Shown here: in pieces, positions 17,710 through 26,266 of the stretch | Numbering within the stretch: position 1 is the first letter of the stretch | Layout: each line of letters starts with the position of its first letter | Source: Candidatus Gottesmanbacteria bacterium | GTDB taxonomy: Bacteria > Patescibacteriota > Microgenomatia > UBA10105 > UBA927 | NCBI GenBank assembly: GCA_016214885.1 | Contig: JACRMP010000005.1 | Location: 134,725 to 198,724, forward strand | DNA: 64,000 bases | Direction of reading: 5' to 3' | Translations under genes and position numbers: made by a program | The notes under the pieces: generated by a model | The model's input: only the letters and a program-made list of their open reading frames with translations | Told to the model about the DNA's origin: nothing | The model's database searches: none

Positions 17710-20700
17710 CTAATGCCCTCCCCCGCCAGCACTCTTCTGCTCTTCTACGGACTTTTCCGCAGCGATAGCAAGAGTTGCAAGGATGGGCACCCACCAATAC
17801 TTCCGCCCCATTGCCCAGAGCCGGTCAATAAGGGTGGTGTGGAACTCTTTCTGTAAATCCTGCAGGTACTCGGGGTGATTGATAAACAACCCCATATCGT
17901 GAGCGGTATGGATAATCTCCGACATTTTTATCTCATCCCACACATTTCCGTGGGAACCCGTGTATCGGGTTGAATAAGAAACCGCCTCAGCAATAGAATG
18001 CGGCCAATGGGCAATTTTTTCTTTCGCCAGGTGCTCCCAACGCTCTTTACCGAATATCGTCTGCAGCAGTTTGTTTTTCTCCAGACCACGGAAGTCCGGC
18101 TCAAAATGCTGGAGCAATCCGGTTAAACCAGGCACCAATTGCATTGATAGGTGCCTCCCCTTGTTCATCTCAAAAAACACGCGCATCATTTCCTTGACCG
18201 TTGCCTCGGCTGCATCAGGACCAGAATAATCAACGATGGCGGTGCGCACTTCCATCATCTTCTGCAAACTCTTAGTGTAGTCATTGGGGGAAAGCACCAT
18301 CTCGGAATTGGAGAAAAATTCCAGCATGCCGTCGCGGGCGCGCATCTGGGCGCCGACATCGCGGATCCTCCGGTGCATCGCAACAGTTCCGAGCTGATAA
18401 AAATTAGATTCTTTCCAGTCAAAGTCGGTTAAACTCATGGTAAGCGGCAACTTAAGCGCTGATATGGCGTCCATTTTATTCCTGAATGTAGCTCCCGACG
18501 CCTCAACCGTACGGCTCCGGTATATTTCCGCCTGCATATCCACAATCACCTGGCGCATGTTTTCATTGCGCGCGGGGTCGAACTTTAACAATTTAAGATA
18601 AGGCGCCACCAGTGCATCAAAATCTTTTTTGTCTGCCAAATCAATACGGGCAAACTGCCAATCTTTCTCATGGGCCATTTTCAGTTCAGCAAGCGACAGC
18701 GCTTCCTTAAACTTTTTCCACTCTTCGTGGGTTACATTATTTTTGGTTAATATCTTTTCCGTATCTTCTTCCAGTAGTTCAAGGAACTTAGAGGGGTTTC
18801 TCCGGAGCATGCGGTCGAGTATCGGTTTGCGCTCTGCAGCGTTTCCGGCAGTCAGCAACTGGATAGACAGCGCTTGGTTATCAAGAAGCGCAGCGTTTTC
18901 CGGAAGCTTCTTCATACTGAGCATCTTGCCTCGGAGTTCGTCAGATATTCCTTTTTCAAGCCGCCACGCGGTTCCGTCATAAAATCCTCCGGATGACATA
19001 AATCCGGGGCCTAATAACTCGCTGAAGGATATGCCGGTTGCATCCTCGGCAAACTCCCAGGTTTCCATTGCTTTCTGCCGCTGCTTGTCGTGCTCATGAT
19101 GCTTGGCGTCATGCCATTCGTGGGTTTTAGTAAGCTTCATCTTTTGTCCGATACTTTCCGCCATGCCTCCCAGATACTTCCTGAACCACCCCACTTCTTT
19201 AGGATTAATGCCCTTGGTGGTCAGAAGGTTTTTCCGGAATATGCTCCGAGCAGTAATACCCATGTCGCCGCCGATATTAAACCGGGTGGCAAATGTTTCC
19301 GGGTTGAATATGCGCTGAATATCCTCAAAAGCAGGAGCGCGCATCACGTGTTTGCCCGACGCTGTCCCATATTCGTTTGCCGGAGGAACAGACATCATGG
19401 CACCAATCATCGCCATACGCCCGCTCCCTATCATGGCCGTGCGCGATGCCCACAGTGCCATACGGACTTCATATTCGGCCGGTTTATAATTTGGATCCTC
19501 GGGATGCTGCGCCTGCAGATACTCCACAAGCCGCTTTCTCACCTCAATATCGACGGGTGATAATCCGCGGGTTTCCAACAGCTCCTGGGTGAAGTTTTCA
19601 TTAAGCATTTCTTCACGGTGTGAGTAAATCTGATAAAGGCGTTCAACTTCGGATAGCTGCTCCATTTCCTTTTCATTAAGTGCCACTCCCTCGCTCTTTT
19701 TCTTTAAGAGGTCCTCGCGGGCATTACGTAGCTTAGACAGGGTAATATGAAGCTCTGTATAGCTTTGCACGTCATCGTCCCACAGCATCACCCCTTCTGC
19801 TGCCAAGTCCTGCTGCTGCTGGATCTCGTGCATAAGCCGCTGGTCTTCAACAGACAACGGACTCTGGGTTTTCCCCTTTTCCGGGTCATATCCTTCCTGC
19901 CGTTGTTTTGCCTTAAGTTCTTTGAGAATGTCCTCGCGTTTCATCTTGCCGCCGTTCCAGTTCACTTCTTCCCGCATGTATTTCACTGCTTCTCCGTATT
20001 TTGCCCGCTTTGTTGCCATAAGCTCAAAAAGCACGTGTTCATACAGGCTGTATGCCTCGTTTGAATGATCGAAATTTTTATATAGGTGATCAAGGTCTGC
20101 TCCTTGGAGCAAACTCATGGCCTTAAGCCGGTCCTTCACGTCGCCCGGGTTATACATGAGTCCTTTTACGGCATATTCGTATTGACCGCGGCTATCCCAA
20201 TGCTTCTGGTACAACTGAACCGCCAAATGATATTCACTGCCGTATTTCCATACAAGGAAGTCCTTGAATTCCTGGAAGCGCTGATCCTGGGTAAGTGTCG
20301 GCCTGGTTTCTTCGCGGCCCATGGAATATATTTGGTCAATAAAATCGAAGTACCACCTAGCCTCTCCTTCATCTCCCTGGATAAGCATTTCGACATCAGA
20401 CGGCGGAATATACCGGAAATCGGGGAACACTTCGTCAGGTTTATGGAGTTCGGGGTTCGGCGAGTTCCCCATCACCTCGCCCCAGGTAACCACACGGCCG
20501 CCCCTGAGTTTCTCCTGGTGCTTCTGCATCCGTAAATCAGTAAAGCGCTCAAACTGGCGGACGCGTTCAACCGCCTGCTGCACCAATTTTTCACTTACTC
20601 CTTCTTTTCTCCCTTTTTCCACCATGCGGCGGACAGCGTCGTCTGTAAGTCTGCCGTCATACGCAGCTCCCGGATCGACCCGGAACCGAAACTGCAGCTC

Positions 20701-21327
20701 TTTAAGATCGGATGCTAGCGGTGTGTCTTTAAGATCCACGTCGGCTGCTTCGTCATATAAACTCTTCACTGCTCCCGTAAGCTCAGGGTCATTATCTCTA
20801 ACAGGTTCCCCGGCTTCACCATCTTCCCCCACTCCGGAGCCGCCCTGAATAACCGGCACCGCTTCGTATGCAATGCCTTCCAGTGTCGGGTGCTCCGCAA
20901 TAATTTTGCGCAAATATTTCCTCGCCTCAACGGCGGTGGGGCTTGTATATTCTGCTTCTTTGGCCACCCGTGCTAACCGCTCGGCAACCCCCCGCATATA
21001 CTCAGGATCGGCCAACTGGGATTCGTCTGCGGTAAGAAGCGACTCAACAATACTAAACACTCTGGCGTCTTTAGGTAAATCGGATTCATTCCCCACAATC
21101 CTTTTGGTTGTTTCTGATGTCGTCTCCTTGAGCTTGCCCACCAGCGCTGCCAGACGATCTACAGACACGGTGTGCTCACCTGTTTCGGGCACTTCAGGAG
21201 GTGCTTCCGCGGGAGGAGGCGTCGGCTCAACGGGGGCAGCCTGCTCCACTGGCTTAGCGGGCTGACCTGCTTCTGCAGCTTTTTTGGCCGCCTCATTTAA
21301 CCGCTTAAATAGTTCTTCGTTAGCCAT
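17710..21327 (-). CDS. large (1205 aa) tail-anchored protein of unknown function, T4SS-associated by position
   Basis: A single uninterrupted ORF. The N-terminus is Pro/Ala/Glu-rich (PVEQAAPVEPTPPPAEAPPEVPETGEH); the body is mostly predicted-helical and soluble; a His-rich segment THEWHDAKHHEHDKQ is present; one C-terminal TM (YWWVPILATLAIAA) is followed by SAGGGGH at the C-terminus. Confidence 0.55.
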   Translation of the reverse strand: MANEELFKRLNEAAKKAAEAGQPAKPVEQAAPVEPTPPPAEAPPEVPETGEHTVSVDRLAALVGKLKETTSETTKRIVGNESDLPKDARVFSIVESLLTADESQLADPEYMRGVAERLARVAKEAEYTSPTAVEARKYLRKIIAEHPTLEGIAYEAVPVIQGGSGVGEDGEAGEPVRDNDPELTGAVKSLYDEAADVDLKDTPLASDLKELQFRFRVDPGAAYDGRLTDDAVRRMVEKGRKEGVSEKLVQQAVERVRQFERFTDLRMQKHQEKLRGGRVVTWGEVMGNSPNPELHKPDEVFPDFRYIPPSDVEMLIQGDEGEARWYFDFIDQIYSMGREETRPTLTQDQRFQEFKDFLVWKYGSEYHLAVQLYQKHWDSRGQYEYAVKGLMYNPGDVKDRLKAMSLLQGADLDHLYKNFDHSNEAYSLYEHVLFELMATKRAKYGEAVKYMREEVNWNGGKMKREDILKELKAKQRQEGYDPEKGKTQSPLSVEDQRLMHEIQQQQDLAAEGVMLWDDDVQSYTELHITLSKLRNAREDLLKKKSEGVALNEKEMEQLSEVERLYQIYSHREEMLNENFTQELLETRGLSPVDIEVRKRLVEYLQAQHPEDPNYKPAEYEVRMALWASRTAMIGSGRMAMIGAMMSVPPANEYGTASGKHVMRAPAFEDIQRIFNPETFATRFNIGGDMGITARSIFRKNLLTTKGINPKEVGWFRKYLGGMAESIGQKMKLTKTHEWHDAKHHEHDKQRQKAMETWEFAEDATGISFSELLGPGFMSSGGFYDGTAWRLEKGISDELRGKMLSMKKLPENAALLDNQALSIQLLTAGNAAERKPILDRMLRRNPSKFLELLEEDTEKILTKNNVTHEEWKKFKEALSLAELKMAHEKDWQFARIDLADKKDFDALVAPYLKLLKFDPARNENMRQVIVDMQAEIYRSRTVEASGATFRNKMDAISALKLPLTMSLTDFDWKESNFYQLGTVAMHRRIRDVGAQMRARDGMLEFFSNSEMVLSPNDYTKSLQKMMEVRTAIVDYSGPDAAEATVKEMMRVFFEMNKGRHLSMQLVPGLTGLLQHFEPDFRGLEKNKLLQTIFGKERWEHLAKEKIAHWPHSIAEAVSYSTRYTGSHGNVWDEIKMSEIIHTAHDMGLFINHPEYLQDLQKEFHTTLIDRLWAMGRKYWWVPILATLAIAAEKSVEEQKSAGGGGH

Positions 21328-21410
21328 AGAGCGTAAACGACACGAAATAACGCGCTAAATACATGCGCCTCTTAATATTCTATCGTTTCGATCCGCTACA
21401 AACAAGGGAG

Positions 21411-21965
21411 CTATCGATAAAGACCGTGGGTAGCAATATACTGGCTGACATCGGGCGGTACGAACTCGTCAATCGACAGACCTGCTTTCACCCGCTCGCG
21501 GATTTTTGTCGATGAAATATTGCTCCCGATAAGAAAATCGCTGGTGATCAGCGTCATATGAGGATACAGCGGCTCGTTGGGAAACCCATACCGGGGAAAC
21601 ACCAGAAACGGCATATGCCGCAGCAATTCTTCCCATTTGCCCCACAAATGAAACGTCGGAAGCTGATCAGAGCCGATAATAAACCGAAATTCGTGTCCGT
21701 TTGGCAAGTGCGGCAACAGGTGAATAGTGTCCCCGTCAAGCTTGTGGTCAATTTCCAGTGTGGAAACTTGGGTTTTCTCAAATTCCAGAAGCTTGGTCAT
21801 CGCAAGGCGGTGCGATACTTCAATAACCGGCTTGGGGGGGATTTGTCCATAATTAGGAAGAAACCATACCTCGTCGGCATCCGTAAAATCCAGCACCTGC
21901 CGGGCAATCATCAGGTGACCTATGTGGGGAGGGTTAAACGCGCCGCCCAAGAGTCCGATCTTCAT
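21411..21965 (-). CDS. nadD: nicotinate-nucleotide adenylyltransferase
   Basis: MKIGLLGGAFNPPHIGHLMIARQVLDF (the (H/T)xGH nucleotidyltransferase motif) and IGSDQLPTFHLWGKWEELL. Confidence 0.85.
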   Translation of the reverse strand: MKIGLLGGAFNPPHIGHLMIARQVLDFTDADEVWFLPNYGQIPPKPVIEVSHRLAMTKLLEFEKTQVSTLEIDHKLDGDTIHLLPHLPNGHEFRFIIGSDQLPTFHLWGKWEELLRHMPFLVFPRYGFPNEPLYPHMTLITSDFLIGSNISSTKIRERVKAGLSIDEFVPPDVSQYIATHGLYR

Positions 21966-21971
21966 AGCCTC

Positions 21972-24155
21972 CTATTCTACCTTTTTTGTGTACCGTTCGC
22001 GAGAAACACGGATAACGGTCTCCCGCTGTTCGTTGCGGCTCTTTGGAAGCGGAAGGGTGGTAGCAGAAAAAGGTGTCGATGTTTGATTATCTATAGATAG
22101 CTTGAGAACGACCTCAAAATTCCCGAGTCCCACCAGCTCCGCTTCTTCATATTTTTCACCAAACTCGCGCCCCAACATGCGGGCGTCAGCTGCTCCCACC
22201 GCAAACGATATGATGGAGCCCGCGTTGCCGAAAATCGCTTTCTGTACATCCTCGTCAATCTGCCCCACATATTGGTTGGCAAGGGCGAGGTTCAGCCGGT
22301 ATTTACGCGCCTCGGAGAGAATCTTAATAAACGACTGGGTGGCAAAATTCTGGAATTCATCGACGTAGAGATAAAAATCACGTCTGTTTTCTTCTGCGGT
22401 ATATACCCTATTCATGGCGGCTAATTGCATCTTGGTAATAATCATTGCCCCCAACAGCGCACTACTATCTTCTCCGAGTTTCCCCTGTGCCAAATTCACG
22501 ATGACAATTTTCCCTTCATTCATCATGCGCTCCAAATCCACTGTCGATGACGGGCTTCCCACTATGTTTCTGATCGTTTTGGAGGAGAGAAACTGCCCGA
22601 CTTTATTAAGTATCGGCGAAATCGACTCGCTCTTCATCTGCGGCGACAACCTGTTAAACTCGTTAAGCCAGAAATTCTTCAGCACCCGGTCATCCAATTT
22701 TTCGACTACCTTCTCACGGAAGCGATCGTTGGTCAGAAGCTCCGGGATATCCAAAAATGTCGATTGCGGTACGTGGGTGAGCGTTAAAATGGTGTTACGT
22801 AAAATATACTCAAGCCTAGGACCCCAACTCATATGGTATAGCTTGTAAAATATGGAAACAATACCGGAAGCGATGAGTTCACGGTACGCAGAATTTTTTA
22901 CCTCCAGAGGATTTAAGTGGAACGGGTGCTCGGTGTCAGACGGATCAAGATACGCCACATCGTTCATACGGTGTGAAGGAATATAATCAAGCAAAATATC
23001 ACTCAAGTCCCCGTGGGGATCAATAACGGCCACTCCCTCGCCGTTTTTCATATCATTAATTGCCATATTGGCAATAAGGGTGGATTTGCCTGTTCCTGTT
23101 TTTCCGATGATATACATATGCTTCCGGCGGTCCGCCTTTTTCACACCGAACGTGGTGGGAGTATTCTTATATTCCGTACGGGCAAAGAAATTTATGGATC
23201 GTTTCTCCTCATCGCTTCCGCCGGCAATCGGAAGATTCTCAGGAGCTTCTCCCAACAAATGCGCCCCCCAACGGATATTCTTAATCATCGACAGACCCAT
23301 CCCTGGAGGATGCCACAATGACGCCAACTCAGAAGACCCCAACACCTGATACTTTGGCCGGGCATAGTCACCGCGTGCTATCACGCTTTGTTCCAGTTTG
23401 TTTTTCTGCCAGAACTGCGGCTCGTGGAGCACCAAGCTGTTTCCACCGCCAAGACTATACACCCCAAATGTACCGGAGGCCGTGTGAAGCAGATGTTGCG
23501 CCCGCTCAACAGAACCCGCCACCGAAATAAGCCTTATCGCCGCATAAAATCCCACCTGATTCATTTTAATTTCCATAAGCCGGGCGTGCGGATGGGTCTT
23601 TGTCCTCCCTGTTGTAGAGTTAGGGTCGGCAACCCCTTTGGCGATAAGGGCCGCTATTCCCCGCTGCCAACTGTTGCCCGCGGGAGCTATACGGATCTGG
23701 ACGGCCATTGCTTCCTGCGGAGATAATTTAGCGAGCTGGCCAACAACACCAGAGAGGATATCGAGATCCTTCATGTCTTTGTAGGTTTTAAGCGGCAGAT
23801 AATAACTGTTTCCGTACACCAACTGACCTACCGCATGCGGAAGGGTCAAAAAATGCGGCATATAGTCTTTTGCCGGGGAAATAAGCACCCGCGGATACTG
23901 CGCAGTAAGCTGACTTTCCACGTATCCCCTCTGGGACTGGGGGGTTACGAGAAAAAAATGGATACCGCTATTAACAGACGCTATCTCCAAACTTAAAAAA
24001 GAAGAAGGGGCGCCTCCTCCGAACAACATCTGGAATATATTGCGGTGACCTCCCCCGGTGCTTAACGCAGCAAGCACCTGCTCCATAGCCAGCGGCGGTT
24101 CTTCGCTTTCCCTGCTATTTTGGATTTCCAACACGACGGGATCAATTGACGTCAT
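21972..24155 (-). CDS. VirD4/TraG-family T4SS coupling-protein-like ATPase with a novel roughly 330-aa N-terminal domain and no N-terminal TM anchor
   Basis: Walker A YIIGKTGTGKSTLIANM and AVIDPHGDL; Walker B FYLYVDEFQNF; RKYRLNLALANQYVGQI resembles the TraG-D_C signature. It is transcribed divergently from the VirB4 operon. Confidence 0.55.
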   Translation of the reverse strand: MTSIDPVVLEIQNSRESEEPPLAMEQVLAALSTGGGHRNIFQMLFGGGAPSSFLSLEIASVNSGIHFFLVTPQSQRGYVESQLTAQYPRVLISPAKDYMPHFLTLPHAVGQLVYGNSYYLPLKTYKDMKDLDILSGVVGQLAKLSPQEAMAVQIRIAPAGNSWQRGIAALIAKGVADPNSTTGRTKTHPHARLMEIKMNQVGFYAAIRLISVAGSVERAQHLLHTASGTFGVYSLGGGNSLVLHEPQFWQKNKLEQSVIARGDYARPKYQVLGSSELASLWHPPGMGLSMIKNIRWGAHLLGEAPENLPIAGGSDEEKRSINFFARTEYKNTPTTFGVKKADRRKHMYIIGKTGTGKSTLIANMAINDMKNGEGVAVIDPHGDLSDILLDYIPSHRMNDVAYLDPSDTEHPFHLNPLEVKNSAYRELIASGIVSIFYKLYHMSWGPRLEYILRNTILTLTHVPQSTFLDIPELLTNDRFREKVVEKLDDRVLKNFWLNEFNRLSPQMKSESISPILNKVGQFLSSKTIRNIVGSPSSTVDLERMMNEGKIVIVNLAQGKLGEDSSALLGAMIITKMQLAAMNRVYTAEENRRDFYLYVDEFQNFATQSFIKILSEARKYRLNLALANQYVGQIDEDVQKAIFGNAGSIISFAVGAADARMLGREFGEKYEEAELVGLGNFEVVLKLSIDNQTSTPFSATTLPLPKSRNEQRETVIRVSRERYTKKVE

Positions 24156-24188
24156 GAAGTAATCTTATCATACGTATTTTTCCCGCGT

Positions 24189-24218
24189 TCGTGAAAACTA
24201 AAAAAGTGGAGTTTTCAC
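24189..24218. promoter_or_regulatory. perfect 10-bp inverted repeat, candidate operator in the divergent T4CP / T4SS-operon promoter region
   Basis: CGTGAAAACT - aaaaaagtgg - AGTTTTCACG, located between the start of the minus-strand gene at 24155 and the plus-strand gene at 24278. Confidence 0.35.
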
Positions 24219-24277
24219 GGTCCTGATGCGCTTTGTGCTATTGAACCCCAATCATTTTACCTCTACAATATTTTTAC

Positions 24278-25600
24278 ATGGAACAGCACCCAGTGCCGCA
24301 AAACGTAACCACTTTTCAATTCCGTCTCATAGGAGACATGACGATCAAACAATTCGGATATCTTATTGCCGGAGGCATCCTCGCGGTTATTGCATACAAA
24401 TTACCCCTTCCGTTTATCATCACCTGGCCGCTTGCGGGTGCGTTTGCATTTTTAGGAGTGGGGTTTGCGTTTATCCCCGTCGAGGAACGGCCGATGGACG
24501 TATGGGTGTTCTCATTCTTTAAAAGCGTGTATAGCCCGACACAGTATATATGGTCACACGACCAAACTCCGGAAAACGCGGCCACTGCTGCTACCCCCGA
24601 TGTTATACATACTCCCACAAAACCTGCCCCGCTTACGGCTGCAACACCGGCACCCGCACCACAACCGGTACAAGTAGCACAACCGCAGGCCGCCAAAGCT
24701 GTGCTGACCGGATTGTTCCAACCCACCCAACAGGTCGCTCCCCCACCAAAACCGGTAGCGTTTACCGTGCCAGCAAAACACACATCGTTTATGGACGAGG
24801 TTATGGGATGGCTTTTTCCTAAACCTAAGGCCGCTACTGCGCCGGTACCCCCTCAGGCAGCAACACCTTCCGTAACAGGATACCGGCCTCCCGCGCCCCC
24901 TACCGCGGCACCTGTTTCGGCAGCAGATACCAAAGCTAACGAAGCCATTCACAACAAAATGACCCAACTGGAAGACACCCTAAAAACGTTGGAGGAGCGG
25001 TTGTCCACAAAAACCATAACTGAGGACCGGGTGTTGGAACTGCAAAAACAACTTACCGACGTCTTGTCACAAAAAGCAAAAACCGAAGACGAGCTTATTG
25101 CGTTAAAGCGGCATCTTACCACCCCACCGCCTCAACCTTCCGTGCCCCCACAACCCACAACGGTTGCCCAACCGCAACAAAAAGAGGCGCCTCTCACCCC
25201 GGCCTCCCGCGGGGCAGTAAATGTCATCACCACGCAGGAGGGGGCAGTAAAGGCGGGGCTCCCCCGGCTTACTAATGTCCCCAATGTCATAACGGGGCTT
25301 GTCAAAGACGACACGGGCAACTTTCTTCCCGGCATACTCGTTACTGTAACAAACAGCGACGGCATCCCCATGCGCGCGCTCAAAACAAACAAGCTCGGAC
25401 AGTTTGCTGCCTCAACCCAACTCGCGTCCGGAACATATTTTGTGGAAGTCGAAGATCCGAGGGGAAGATTTACCTTTTCCCGCGTGCAGATTACCCTAAA
25501 CAATGCCGTTGTTCCCATTCTCGAAATAATTGCAAAAAGCGAAAAAGCGCTCACCCGAGAAAAACTTGCACAGGAAATTTTTGGTAAACCAAATCTGTAA
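24278..25600 (+). CDS. mosaic T4SS membrane protein: VirB3/PrgI-like two-TM N-terminus, Pro-rich linker, coiled coil, C-terminal CarboxypepD_reg-like beta-sandwich
   Basis: Two TM helices at the N-terminus (YLIAGGILAVIAYKL, ITWPLAGAFAFLGVGFAFIPV); PAPLTAATPAPAPQPVQVAQPQ low-complexity region; heptad segment LEDTLKTLEERL...LELQKQLTD; C-terminal GLVKDDTGNFLPGILVTVTNSDGIPMRALKTNKLGQFAASTQLASGTYFVEVEDPRGRF. Confidence 0.45.
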   Translation: MEQHPVPQNVTTFQFRLIGDMTIKQFGYLIAGGILAVIAYKLPLPFIITWPLAGAFAFLGVGFAFIPVEERPMDVWVFSFFKSVYSPTQYIWSHDQTPENAATAATPDVIHTPTKPAPLTAATPAPAPQPVQVAQPQAAKAVLTGLFQPTQQVAPPPKPVAFTVPAKHTSFMDEVMGWLFPKPKAATAPVPPQAATPSVTGYRPPAPPTAAPVSAADTKANEAIHNKMTQLEDTLKTLEERLSTKTITEDRVLELQKQLTDVLSQKAKTEDELIALKRHLTTPPPQPSVPPQPTTVAQPQQKEAPLTPASRGAVNVITTQEGAVKAGLPRLTNVPNVITGLVKDDTGNFLPGILVTVTNSDGIPMRALKTNKLGQFAASTQLASGTYFVEVEDPRGRFTFSRVQITLNNAVVPILEIIAKSEKALTREKLAQEIFGKPNL

Positions 25601-25603
25601 CCT

Positions 25604-26266
25604 ATGGCCGAACCAATTACTCCAATCAGAGACTCAACGCAAATGTTTACTGAAATCGTGGCAGTGGATCACGACCTTGTCTTGTTCCGCGACGGATCGG
25701 TTGCCCTTGTCATTGCTACTACCGCGGTAAATTTTGGGTTGCTTTCTGAAAAGGAACAGGACGCGATCATCTATTCCTATGCAGGGCTTCTTAACTCATT
25801 GTCATTTCCCATACAAATCCTTATTCAGACAAAACACAAAGACATTTCCGCCTACCTTAAGCTCCTTGAGGATCAGGAGTCGCGGCAAACGAACCCCAAG
25901 CTGACCCGCAACATTCACAGTTACCGGCTCTTTGTAGCTTCTATGGTAAAGGAAAAAGATGTTTTGGATAAAAAGTTTTATATCGTTATACCTTTTTCAA
26001 GCATTGAGCTTGGGGTGTCTTCATCGCTCTTGTTTAGTCCGAAAAAATCAGGCCTCCCGTACGAAAAGTCATATATCTTTGACAAGGCGCAACTGGTGCT
26101 GGTGCCCAAACGTGATCATATTTTGCGCTTACTGGCGAGGGTGGGTCTTAAGGCCACACAACTGTCTTCCGATGCGCTCGTAAATCTGTTTTTCAGCATG
26201 TATAACCCGGGAAGCCCCGCCCCAGATGTCACCCGGCTGTTTCCGGGAAAGGAGCCGCATGAGTAA
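25604..26266 (+). CDS. soluble hypothetical protein inside the T4SS operon
   Basis: 220 aa with no TM helices. Its 3' end overlaps the VirB4 start by about 8 nt, suggesting translational coupling. Confidence 0.4.
   Translation: MAEPITPIRDSTQMFTEIVAVDHDLVLFRDGSVALVIATTAVNFGLLSEKEQDAIIYSYAGLLNSLSFPIQILIQTKHKDISAYLKLLEDQESRQTNPKLTRNIHSYRLFVASMVKEKDVLDKKFYIVIPFSSIELGVSSSLLFSPKKSGLPYEKSYIFDKAQLVLVPKRDHILRLLARVGLKATQLSSDALVNLFFSMYNPGSPAPDVTRLFPGKEPHE

Noticed and set aside
18660-18700. His-rich THEWHDAKHHEHD segment of the 1205-aa protein as a relaxase His-triad
   Set aside because: The spacing does not match the HxDxxxxHxH relaxase motif III well and no Tyr-containing motif I was recognised. It is kept only as a note within a finding.
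18151-21265. Numerous plus-strand ORFs (for example 20321..20848, 19090..19560, 20873..21265) opposite the 1205-aa gene
   Set aside because: They are antisense to a single uninterrupted 3.6-kb ORF, with Ser/Arg/Pro-rich antisense-type composition.
22102-23726. Plus-strand ORFs inside the VirD4-like gene (22414..22848, 23388..23726 and others)
   Set aside because: They are antisense to a gene with Walker A/B motifs in the expected order. Spurious.
24316-24967. Minus-strand ORFs 24316..24783 and 24554..24967 (Cys/Gly/Arg-rich)
   Set aside because: They are antisense to the Pro/Ala-rich linker of the 24278..25600 gene. Low-complexity antisense artefact.
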